In this document: piece after piece, positions 52,521 to 64,000 of the stretch
Layout: the number at the start of each line of letters is the position of its first letter
How positions within the stretch are numbered: the first letter of the stretch is position 1
Assembly (NCBI GenBank): GCA_000320545.1
Contig: ADNK01000910.1
Span: 1-64,000, forward strand
Length of the DNA: 64,000 bases
Reading direction: 5' to 3'
DNA from: Bigelowiella natans CCMP2755
Taxonomy: Eukaryota > Protista > Cercozoa
Notes under the pieces: generated by a model
What the model saw: only the letters and a program-made list of their open reading frames with translations
Database searches by the model: none
What the model was told of the DNA's origin: nothing
Position numbers and translations under genes: made by a program

Positions 52521-55500
52521 TTAGTCGCCTTGTTGATTGAAATAATATTCAACTAAAATTCCAGTGACTGCGCCTAGAACAAATATTAAATTTTTGAAGA
52601 AAACATAGTTGGAAATGTTATAATGATGCTTCGTGCAAGACAAATGACCTCTATACGGTAGTGATTTTAAGAAATGCTAGGAATACCTAGTGATAAAGTT
52701 GCTGTTGTTGTGTATAACTCTTTAGAAGCTTGGACACCTAATATTTTCACGGCTAGCACAACCAGAGCATTTGCAATGTTTTTATTACCCTCAGACTTAT
52801 GAACTATGAAGCATAATTACAAAAGCAGGTGAATAGATACATGCACCCTATATGTTTTACGTTCGAGTTGAGAGTCAAGATCTAGCAAAGTGGTTACGGC
52901 TTCCATCAAAGAGTCTGCACCCTGCAATAGAATAGATGTGTGAGGCGTTGAATGCGTAATAGTGGCATAATGGGACCTGTAAGCGCTTGTCAATAATCTG
53001 TTTCTTTTTTGAATGATATTGATGCTTGTATTTCTTCGATCGAAGTAGTCTCAGCTTTAACTGAATTCTTGCTAAGGAACGAGCCTGAAGAGCAAATTGT
53101 TCATTTGTTGCTGACCCATACCATATTGACCTTCCAAGGACATAGCCTGCGGAAAATATATGGTACATTTCGAACTAAGGGTTCATTGCAAGAAGGTTAG
53201 AATTAATCCTACCAATAGAAACCAAAAACCCTGCAACCGTTGCCACAGTCACGGCACTGAATTCCCCTTCAAGGAGTAAACCTGGCAGAACCGATTTCGA
53301 AACAAAATTGAACGTTACTCGGAAGTTGAATAAAAATTTCCTCCGTACCAATAAGAACGTAAAGAACAAGCCCTAAGAGGAAGATCGTCACATACGATGT
53401 GTATATCGTAATCCTTGTCTTGAACTGCGACCTTCATTATATTCACGGGAGGAAAAAGTGTGTAATATCCTCTTTCAATTTACCCTACGGCTATTCTACC
53501 CGAGATTCAGAAGTAGCCTCCGGAATTCTATCCAAGCAATAACATTCTGCCATCAAAGTGGTTATAATCTGAATATGAGCCAGAATTGTTTTGAAGACCT
53601 GTGGCCAGGCCATATCAACGAAGATATCGAGAGGGCAACGATCGATATACAGAGGGGTGTCATTGTCTATCAGTGCTGATTGAGGACTTTATTTAAGAAT
53701 TTTCTCCCTCAAGATGTATATAATCAATCTAAGATCTTAATGTACCTCCCGCAGCCTGGATCACATTTGCCCGTCTCTGATAATCAATTCTGCCAACATC
53801 GATGAAGACAAGCGCCGTATCGAAGTAGAAGGCGGTTAACATCCATCCACATAAGAGCTAATTAAAGTCGCCAAAGTACACATATTGTGAAATTTTTATT
53901 CACAGACTAAGAATGAACCTGAAATGACCTGCACAATAGTACTGGAGGTCCGAGAGCCAAAATCTGTATCTGTTGCAGCGCCGACTACTATTGGAATTGC
54001 CGCTGCATTCGCCCCAAATAAGTCATGCACAGTCGAAAGCAAAGTGAACAAATATTCTAAACCTTGCAATAAGGCCAGAGAGTGGATAATATTTCGATTG
54101 AGTCCTTTATTGGTCCCTTTCAGAGAATACACGACCTACATGTACATTGATGATGAAATTAAGGCTTTCGGAGAACAAGAAATACCTTACCAGCCGATTA
54201 GCAATTGGTAGTACAGGAACTTTGACCATTCCACAACATTCACCGCGCACAATAGTCTTCCCGTACTTTCAATGATTTATAAGTCACGAATATATTCGTT
54301 AGCAGTCAGATTCCATAAGGGTTACCTGGAGGTTGTGATTATCCTGTGTCTCCTTCATGTTATGAGCTGGTTGCTGTTGCACTTCCCTCATCAGATAAGG
54401 ACTAAGCGAGGTATTTTCATTCCTGTTACGTTTGCTAGTGCTTGGCGTAGGAAGTGATAGGCTCTTTTTTTCTTCTTTCTCCATATCGTTTCCATCTGGT
54501 TATAATTTGTTCAGAGTCACATAACTAGCACATATTCCAAGTAGTGAGGAGATACCGAGGTCCAAATTTCTATAAAAATCCAATATTTCTTTCATGAGGT
54601 CACAATGTACATTTGCGATGCCCTAAGTTAGTCGTGGTTCGTCAGGGTGAAAGTAATGGTGGGAAAGCGTAGAATTAAGATAACCTCTTCGTATACGTCT
54701 TTGTGCAAGTGGAAGCAAAGGTCGTCAATTTCAATACCTTGTAAGTAATTCCTTAGCTCAATATTGAAATCCTTGATCTGAATTAGTCAACCCTCTTTGT
54801 CGGCTGTGTATCGAAGCTGACTATGAGTCTGTTCAATATCCAGCTGGAATATTTTGGATATGAATAAAGAATAATTAGAAAAAATCAATAAATAATCAAT
54901 TTTTATTGTTTGTAGTACGTATCTCCAGCTTCTTAATTCAATCGAAGAAAATGTTTCTCGAGAAACCTTTCACGTAATTAAATGTACCGGAACTTTATGT
55001 GGAGATCGGTTGTTTCAATTTCCAAATGCTTTACCGTAGTTTTGCTCAACCACTGAAGGGTTGCATCATCTAAAATGGCATACTTTGTCGCAACCTTCAA
55101 TATATGAGGAGAATCTTCTTAATGTTCCCAGCTAGGTTAGTAAATAAGAATATTGTCGTACCATGAGTTTATGTGTGAAGTACAAGCAAACGGGTATAAT
55201 GAAAAATAATGGCTCAGGTGGATCTGGGTCGGTGGCATAAAGTCCAATCAAAATCCTAGATATTCGAACATCGCAGGGTTCAACATATTGACACAGAAAG
55301 TAACTGCAACTATGTGCTAACCATACTGCAGTTGCTGCAAAAAGCTGAATGAGGAAGGTCTGTGGAAAAGAAAATTATTTATGATGGATATACAACCAAA
55401 GAGAGAATAGTTAAGCATTTGTAATCAGTAAAGTAAGCAATACATCATGTTAACTCACCCCCACATTGAGGCGATTATCAAATCTTGGAATAAAGCAGAG

Positions 55501-56233
55501 GTTCTTCAACATATTTTCCCCATCAACAAGATAGGCAACGGGGATTGTTGCAGGGAACAAAGCATGGTAAAAGAAGAATCGCAAAAAGACAGATGTAGAG
55601 AACGTTTCAATCCCTTCGCTCACTTTGATATTCCTTATCGTGCTCCCTAATTACAAATGTTGTGATGGCCCACTACATCCTCGGACGATTCAATAGAAAT
55701 TACTCATGGAATCCACATGGGATGGTTTGTGCGAGGCTGCCCTTGATGATCTCCTCGATCTCTCCTCATATAATCCTGGTTCATCCCCCGGCTCATCTTC
55801 AGCATCAGGAGACTCCTCCACGAGAGCCTGCATCTTTTGATTTTCGTCATCGATGTTTTCCCTTGTCTGCTGAATCACTAACTGTCCATTCGAACAGCCA
55901 TTGCAAAATGAAAATATGACAAACATTCAATTTAGTGAATCTGTTTCGAAGACATGATCGTGTTTTCTGATTTCAACGTGATTCTTTTACTCATACTCTT
56001 GTGTTTCCTCGACTTCTTGTTTGTACGGTTGCTTTAGAATTGGCAGGAGACTTCACATCCCCGCTGCTGTGCACATAAGTCTAAGATCAAAGCGCAAAAA
56101 CGGTTTCAATTTTCTTCTACCGCGAATTTCTGTGAGGGCGAAAGTGCCGTTGAGGATTATGAAGAACTTCAATCGTTGATTCGCTCTGGTCATCAGCTCC
56201 CTTTCTAGAACCACCGGGCATCGCGGTCTCCAT
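52521..56233 (-). CDS. Multi-pass (about 7 TM) membrane protein; candidate gustatory-receptor-like/7TMIC channel
   Basis: Spliced exons give a hydrophilic N-terminus, FFFYHALFPATIPVAYL, and seven hydrophobic segments, ending EPVKILGVQASKELYTTTATLSL|GAVTGILVEYYFNQQGD*. The gene is well supported; the family assignment is inference. Confidence 0.7.
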
Positions 56234-56410
56234 TCAATTTTGTCCCAAAGTCATTGCTCACGATCGCCTTGATCTTGGTGCTGCGACATGATTTGGCACC
56301 CGATCACTCATTTTGTGGAAGACACCACGTGATTGATGAGCAAAACACGTAAAACTGCATGCGTTTCCAGGCCGTTTTCGATCTGTTGTTGTCATTTAGG
56401 TAGCGATTTA

Positions 56411-57390
56411 GCGCGTGCGACAAGCACAACAACTGGTTCACCAATCGTTCGGCGCGTGGCGGCAATCAAAAGAGAGACAATCAATGGACCAATCACTTGA
56501 TGGGATGTGGAAATGAACGCGCACCAATGAACACGAATCCATCAATTGATCAACACTACTAGCTAGCTAGACTCATTGGGGGCGTCCAGCTAGCCAGCAC
56601 AACAAACATCGAAGTGAAAGCAAACCAACCAACCACTCACTCACATCACACCTGTCAACTCGAGTTCACAGCCACGTGGTTTCTGCTGCGCACTTGTTGA
56701 GTGCGAGCAGGCACATTGCTTTGCTAGTTTGGTCATTGGCCAGTGCCAGAGTGTTCACTTCCAGACGTGCAAACCAGCAAATCCAGAAATCACGATGTTG
56801 GCGACGAAGTTGAACAGGCCAGCACGTGCCGATTCGTGAAGTTTCGTGCTGTTTCACTGATCGGTCACCTCTGGAGAGCTGACCACTCTAGCACTCCCCC
56901 TCTTTCCAACAGACCCGTCCTAGCATGCACCATTGGACTGGACTAGCAGACACAATACAACTTTCAGACTGCCAGTGCTGGCAGTGGAACACACCAGCAC
57001 GTCTAGCTAGCTAGACATGCATCCGATCTCCAGATCTAGACACGCTAGCACGTGGACTGCTCAGTGCTTCAGGTGCACCAGTGCATTCCAGCAATGCTCA
57101 CGCGCGCCCATCTCTAGACCTAGCCTTGATCAGCAAGCTAGCAAGCATCAATCATTGTGTGTGCATCCATGGATTCATCGACTTTGTGGTTCTTCATGGC
57201 TAGTTGGCACCCATGTGCCCACAAGCAATTCTCAGGTCCAATTTTCAAGGAAGCGGCAACAGGCGTGTCCCATGTCTTGATGTCGATGGTAGTTTCAACA
57301 TGAATGAAACGTTCATGAGTTCATGACCACAAATTCCTGCACTTGATTTGTCAATCATTTTGCAAGACGAGATCACTGAATTTGATGTTT
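56411..57390. other. TpA-depleted, CTAG-rich intergenic tract downstream of RasGAP
   Basis: Hand count: 20 TpA in 980 bp, 17 of them inside CTAG. Confidence 0.9.
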
Positions 57391-57605
57391 TTTTTAACAT
57401 TTCATCTCTTGCCGACTCACCATCATCAAAAGCATCAAGTGATAAAATATTTCAAAAGATTACATGTTTGCATCAAACTCAATTCACGCAAATATATCTT
57501 TAAGTGATCGACGTTTCTTTGAGTCATCATTCTCTCAATGATAAGGTCAAAATTTATATTTTTGTTTTGTTTTTCATTGTTCATTTTTGCAGTTCTTCCA
57601 GCATT

Positions 57606-60600
57606 TCAAGGAGAAATTGCTCTGATTGTGGCATTTCGAGTTCCACTGAAAGAGGTTCTTTTCTCAACACGAGTGCTCTTTCGGAAGAGATCAAGTTTTT
57701 TGGTTGATGCAACAGAATGGCTTCTCTTCTCAACTTTGACATCATCACGTCCAATCGCACCTGGATGTCGAAACTCAGCAACAAATCGTAGGTATTGTGC
57801 CAGAGCACTAGCCTCTGTGCGGACAGGAGCTGGCATCCTAACTTCCCACCCTTGCCAGGGTTGCAAAAGAGATTTTTTCCTTTGTGATTCACAGGAGTCT
57901 CTTTTCATTCTTCTTTCAAAACCCAAATTACCATTTTTCTTGGACACCGGGAAAATCTTTCTAAATGGGAGACCAAGGCGCCAAAATGGTACGAATCTCT
58001 CTGAAGATTGTCCATCCCTTTCAGATTTATCGAGGATTTCGTGATCTGGCATGAAAGCACGTTGCTTCCCACTTGTGCACCCATTCTGATTCCACCTTGC
58101 AGCTGGAGTAGGAGGTGGTGGTGGGGGTGGTGGCAGAACAAAACACAGTGTATTTTGCCCTTTCGGTGTTGGGGGAGGGGGGGGTGGGGATGTAATTCTT
58201 CGTGTGCAGACTGCTCTTCCCATTTGGTACACATGAAGTTGAAGGCCAGTTTGCTTTCTTGAACTTACAAATGAGCTTTCCAGGTTGTGCATGGTAAGAG
58301 CTTGATTGATTTGCAAGTTTTTAATCTCATCTTGTGCATAGCATGGGGACAAGAAGGTATTTTTTACCGATTTTCTTACTTCCTTCGAATGTGTAGGCGG
58401 TAATGAAGGTTTTGCGCCTAAGGATGTTGCAGGCATACTTGGAATAGGCACCTGTGATTGCCAGAAATTCTCCATGGTCATGGCAGGAATCATGATAGGC
58501 TGAGAAGATGATCTTTGCCGCCTCACACGAAGACCAGGATCTGATTTGTCCTGTTTCCTTCTAGAACATCTCTCTGCAAATTGGGGAGACAATGCTCTAA
58601 AGTCTGGCGAGCAACTTGGGCTTGGGATACGCATGTGGTTGTGATTACCGACTATGCTTACACTCCTCTGAACAGATTTGTTAGGCGACACCTCATTAGA
58701 TGGGATGGGTCTTTCAAAATGTGAGTGAGCACTCAATTCTGAAGGTGCTCTAAATAATTTGGATGATGGGTCTTTATTTTGTGCTGCGTACGCTTTTCTT
58801 GGCGGAGGTGGGGGAGGAATTCTTCTAAAACGTAAAAGATTCCTTTTTTGGATGAGCTCTCCAGTTATACTAGCATCGGTGACCCCCTTTGTATGGTTTG
58901 ATATCACGGATACCAATCTGGGGGATGTAATCACTTGACACACGAATCTCTGTATATGAGTAATGGTCTAGCAGTTCATTTTGAAAAAGGAGTGTTAAAT
59001 ATATAATCCGACATTATACATGTATTTGATGTACCGGAACAGCCCAATTGTTGAGGTAAATGAAGTTTCTCTCCTTTTTCCTATCAAAGGGAACACCTGG
59101 GAAAAAATATTAATCTAGACCCAACTTTCTGTCTCAGACCTTGTCTTACCATTTGCAACTTTTTGAATAACTTTGCTAAGCAATATGAGATTCCTGTTTG
59201 TTTAGTTTAAGCTTATGGACAGAATAGGTGTGCAGTGCACAATAATCTTCCAAACCTTCTCGGTCGAACCGGTGCAGACTTAGCCTAGGTCGAAATTATT
59301 AATGTTAAAGTACGATACTACTTCATCGTTATTACTAGTAGTTAACCTTTTCTATAAGGAAGGGACATACAATTCTGCAAAATATGAACGAAGATATGAA
59401 GGAGAGGCTTGAAGTCTGATGTTTTACAAAATAGAAATTCTCAAGTTTTATAAGTATATGCATCTAAAAGCACTCGCCTCAGGAACTCGAGCTTTTATAA
59501 TTCCATGGTACAACATTTTTATCCATTGAATAAGGTCTGCTGACATCTGAGAATCTGGTATAACAGCGTAGGTTAGGATGGCTATTGGTCATTGGTTATG
59601 TAAACATATTTAAACCTATAATGGCAAAAACAAAGCGCTGGGCCCATTTCTGTAGCGACATAGAGTTCCTTTTCACCACTGCTTTGACATTCTGGGATAA
59701 CATATCGAATAATCGGGAGTATATAACATATACGATATCGTATAAATTACAGCAATGGCATCTGATCGCATCCGAATTCTTTCTGGTACGACTTCGAAAT
59801 CAACCTTTTCAAACAATCACATCACGTAAGCCTCTATGCATCCATACATAAATCCACCAGTGAAAACTTACAGTGGAGTTCAAAAGATCCTGACTTAACG
59901 GCGACATTGCGCAAAAAAATGCAGCAGATGAATCTTTTCCGATGTTTACGATTAATTTATTTACCACTGTATTGTCCCTGTTTATTTTTGGAATTTAACC
60001 ATAAATCAACATGTGTCGTTCTACATTAAACCTGAGGAGTGTTGTAGGATCTGAGGTGCGTATGGCACATTCAAGCCATAGGATATATCGCAAAAGATTG
60101 GTAGTTGCATTGGCGTAATCAAATATTTTACAGATTGCTTTAATTATGGGATCCTTGTTAAGAGAATATCATGGACAAATCATTAATTCAACGAATCAAA
60201 TTGTATCTATCTGAATAGATTGGGAGGCACACAGACCGGTACAAGAGCTCCCTCCTTTGAGCACACCATGATAACAGTTCTCAGGCTTTGCTCTTCAAAT
60301 GTCATAGATTCGACTATTTTCTGTGCCCATTGAAGCTTCACCATCACATGTACTCGAAACCGATGCCTGTATCCATTACAAAGATGAGCTCCACCAGCTC
60401 ATGCTGGATGATCTTCTCACCTCGATCACGAACAAAAGCCTTTGCGAAGCATTTAGGAAGATGTGGCACCAAGTTCAAAATAGTTCTACTAATACTAAAA
60501 ATGGCATTAATTTCTCACATGCGACGTCATCTTCTCCTTGTCACAGAGAAAAGAATCCCGTCGTTTTAAGGTCAATTAAATGTAGGCAGTTTATCTCGGA

Positions 60601-60696
60601 AGTCTTACCTGGATCCAAAAAACGAATCCCGAGTATGGGAAGATCCATTCGGGGGATGTAAGATGTCGTTTGTCTGATTTGCTGGCGTATTTTCAT
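57606..60696 (-). CDS. RasGAP-domain protein with Pro-rich C-terminal tail; start approximate
   Basis: Arginine-finger region DPTTLLR|DNTVVNKLI, ISSFIFCRIVCPFL (FLR-like signature), R|RNLILLSKVIQKVAN|GVPFDRKKERNFIYLN; terminal exon is ORF 57606-58943 with poly-Pro tracts. Confidence 0.85.
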
Positions 60697-60922
60697 TAAG
60701 TAAACTATGAAGGAAACGGCAAGCTGAAAGGCGGTTGCGACATTACTTAATCAATACAATATAACCTTTTGGGCTCAACAGTCGGATCTGAACTGATTTG
60801 TCTTAACCCAAGTCTGTCAGCGAGAAATGGTGAACATGAATTTCTGATCAGAATGTGGCCATAGCAGTGAAAATTATGACTAACAATTGTATTCTGAGAG
60901 CCAACATTGAATCAATTAGGCG

Positions 60923-63762
60923 ATGAAGAAGAAGATTCGTCGACTCCCGACGAAAAAGAAGAAAACTGAGGTGCAGAATACCTCTTCAGCACATGTCACC
61001 CAACCCATGCCCCATGCAAATACAAACCCAAAACCACCATCACGGCTAAAGTCAAAGAAAACATGGATGCGTGAGACTGCAACTAACAAAGATGAGGAGA
61101 AATTGGTCGACGACGTATCTTCAGCGAGCACAAAAGATAATGCCCAAAATAACAATTCACGAGCATTTGTTGGACTGAACAAAACGAAGAAGCCATGGAA
61201 TACTGGAAATCGTCTTGCAGTTTCACATATACCCAATGCAGATAAAAAAAGAGACTTAGTCCATTATAATGGCGCAAGTGAGGAAAGACAGACGAGCATT
61301 CGAGCACAGCGAAAGCCAAGAGTACCGCCAACTCGCAGACCAACCTCCTCCTCCAAATTACCAGAGCTTGAAAATGAGAGTAGCTTCCAAAGATCTGATT
61401 ATGCTGCAGAAGAGATGAAAGAAGAATATGAGGATATGGTTTTCATGCCGAGAATGGAACCGGGAGACATTCTATCAAATATCAAAAAACGGTATTTCGT
61501 TGAATAAGTTAAACATCAACCATCTATATATGCCTCGATTTTACTAGGTTTATGAGGAAGAAGATCTACACAAACGTAGCAGATATTTTACTCGGTAGAA
61601 CCTTTCGATATTGGTCTATTATCATATTTAACTTGTCCCACTCGCGTCACTTTAGCTATAAATCCAAACGAAGACCTGGGGCTTTACACCAAAAACTTCT
61701 ACTCAGTATTGCGTTGATTTTGTTGTGTTCGTACTTAAAACTAAAATAAAATATACAGACTTACCACTATGCAAGTAGTCAAAGAAATGAGCCGCACATT
61801 TTTCAAGGTGCTATTTTTGTGAAGTCTCATAAAAAATGTAAGGCTTTTAATGTATTTCTTATTAGTGGCTTGTCGAGCGTACCGTAGGATTCGCAGTGAT
61901 TCAAATAGATCCCAAGTAATAAAACCTATCCTTCAGTCATATCTTTGAGGATAAAAATACAAAAAAATCATTCTGTAGAGTATCTTAGTCTGTGGTGAAT
62001 CTGGAGCTGGAAAAACAGAAGCTACAAAACAGCTAATTCGATACTTTGCCGAGATGAGTGGAGAGGTACAAAAGAGCTGGAACCACTCGTCAAAGCACTC
62101 ACAAAAAAGCATAAGCTTGGAGATGAAATTTGTCAAAGGTGAAATTTTCAAGTAAACTAACCGAGACATTGATCCTAAATTCTTTGATAGCAAATCCATT
62201 GCTGGAGGCCTTTGGGAATGCAAAGACTCTTAGGTAGATACATGAAATTTGACATAAGAGTAATGCCAAAAATTAAAAATAAGTGAATAAATTATCAGGA
62301 ACAACAATAGCAGCCGTTTCGGTAAATTAATAAATATTAATTTCTCTTCGAACGGTGCAATTACGTACGGATCCATCGAAAAGTACCGTGTTTTTCAATT
62401 AGCAATGATTACATCATTTTTCTTTTTTTCAAGAAACCTAAAATATATGAAGGTACTTGTTGGAGGAATCTAGAGTAGTTGCCCAGGATGAGGTTCTAAT
62501 TGATGCTTTTCAATAATTCATCGTTATTCAATTATTTATCTGAAGAACAATCTTCTATATTTTTGTGATCTAGGGTGAACGGAACTTCAATATATTTTAC
62601 CAACTATGCGAGCATCTGAAGCAATCTGGAGACAAGGTTGAGGCCACTGATCTTGTCGTGAGGACATTAGAAGTAATTGTAAAATTTATTCAGGACGCAA
62701 AGCATTTAGATCCAAGCTGTGTAACTTATCTAAACATGACGGGTTGTCTAGAAGCAGGCTGGGATGAGCATGCGAAGTGAGTGCAATTTTATGAATAGAG
62801 ATATATCAATTTTATGATGAGTTGGAAAGGTTTATTGAAACTGTGGCAGCAATGAAGCAACTTGGGATCAAGGAGGTATTGAAATGCAGTGCAAGAAGAT
62901 TTCAAATGACGTTTACATATACAGGTGGAAAAAAAATCTATATTCAACCTTCTTAAAGGGGTAGGTATCTATCTGTTCAATCGATCGCATGAATAACAAT
63001 ATCCGATTTGCAGATTTTATCTCTGGGAAATATAAGATTTGATCGCGGTCCTATGAAGAATGGAAAGGAAACCAGTGAGGTCACATGGAAAGCGGCATTG
63101 TGTAGAAAGAATCTCAAAAATTCTATTTAAAGGTCTCCGAAAGCTCAACATTAACTGCATCTCGTTGCGCTGCTCTGCTTGGACTTCAAGAATCAGCATT
63201 TATGAAAATGTTAACAGTTCAGGACATGTAAGAAGATCAACTATTTTGAATGGGTTATGATTCAACACTTTACACACAGGGCAATACTGACTGGGTCCGT
63301 TTATGCGCTTCCGCGATCTCCAAAAGAAGCATCATATACGTGCAATTCCCTAGCAAAAGGTACCTAAGAGTTTCTATAATTTTTATATCAGGATTTATTT
63401 ATATCTAGGGCTTTATGGAAAATTATTCACCTGGATTGTAACTCGAATAAATGAGGTATAGTTAAAGGATTGATCATAATTAGTCATAGAATCTTGCATT
63501 CTGATGATTATTTCTTTATCTAGGCGCTTAATCAAGAAAACAAGGGAACAAAGAGCAGGAAAGTTATCGGGATACTGGACATATTCGGTTTTGAGGTTAG
63601 TGAGATTTCCAAAACGCTTAACAATTTAGTTTCACAACATTAATGCATGAAAAGCATATTTATTCTTCATATATGATACATACATAATGCATATGTATGA
63701 TTACAAATACAAATGTATGCGGAAATATGGGTATCCACGTTAAATCTAGGATTATCTGTGGC

Positions 63763-63793
<31 letters not shown>

Positions 63794-64000
63794 CGTGCTT
63801 ACGATATGGGCAAACAAATTACTGATGGATACCCTAGCCGACTATTATCTAACAAAGTGATTTGTGTTTTACAGGCGAATGCACATAACAGCTTTGAACA
63901 ACTTTGTATAAATTTTGCAAATGAAAAATTACAAAAGTACACTCGAAAGTCTGGCTAGATATATTAAAACCCTCACTTCTTGTTATTTGATAGACACTTC
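60923..64000 (+). CDS. Myosin heavy chain (motor domain), truncated by window end
   Basis: EDMVFM...KIYTNVADILL|AINP, PHIF, P-loop GESGAGKTE, ANPLLEAFGNAKT, NNNSSRFGK, YLLEESRVV, GERNFNIFYQL, IGILDIFGFE, NSFEQLCINFANEKLQ; basic low-complexity N-terminal extension. Confidence 0.96.

Overview
Eukaryotic nuclear DNA, gene-dense and very intron-rich (GT-AG, one likely GC-AG). It is probably a protist with a complex plastid: an organellar AsnRS carries a signal peptide plus transit-like leader. A chlorarachniophyte is plausible but is inference only. Splicing exons by hand gives 15 protein genes: ankyrin-SAM-RING (+), small coiled-coil protein (-), SH3-DENN-SBF2 (+), BT1 folate/biopterin transporter missing its middle (-), organellar AsnRS (-), PAF-acetylhydrolase-like (+), PLP-independent Asp/Glu racemase (-), RPL10 (+), YahK/CAD-like alcohol dehydrogenase with a frameshift (-), double cyclophilin (+), membrane-anchored ATP-grasp protein (-), GT32/OCH1-like glycosyltransferase (+), a 7-TM protein with gustatory-receptor-like (7TMIC) topology (-), RasGAP (-) and a myosin (+, truncated by the window end). 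The most striking unexplained signal is non-coding. Tracts of 0.1-1 kb downstream of gene 3' ends have lost nearly all TpA dinucleotides except inside CTAG, and carry (CTAG)n palindromes. They are strongest at the two head-to-tail junctions, weaker at convergent junctions and absent at divergent promoters. This suggests a termination-linked DNA mark or TpA-to-TpG/CpA hypermutation process. All family calls come from motif recognition, not database searches, and several 5' ends are approximate.
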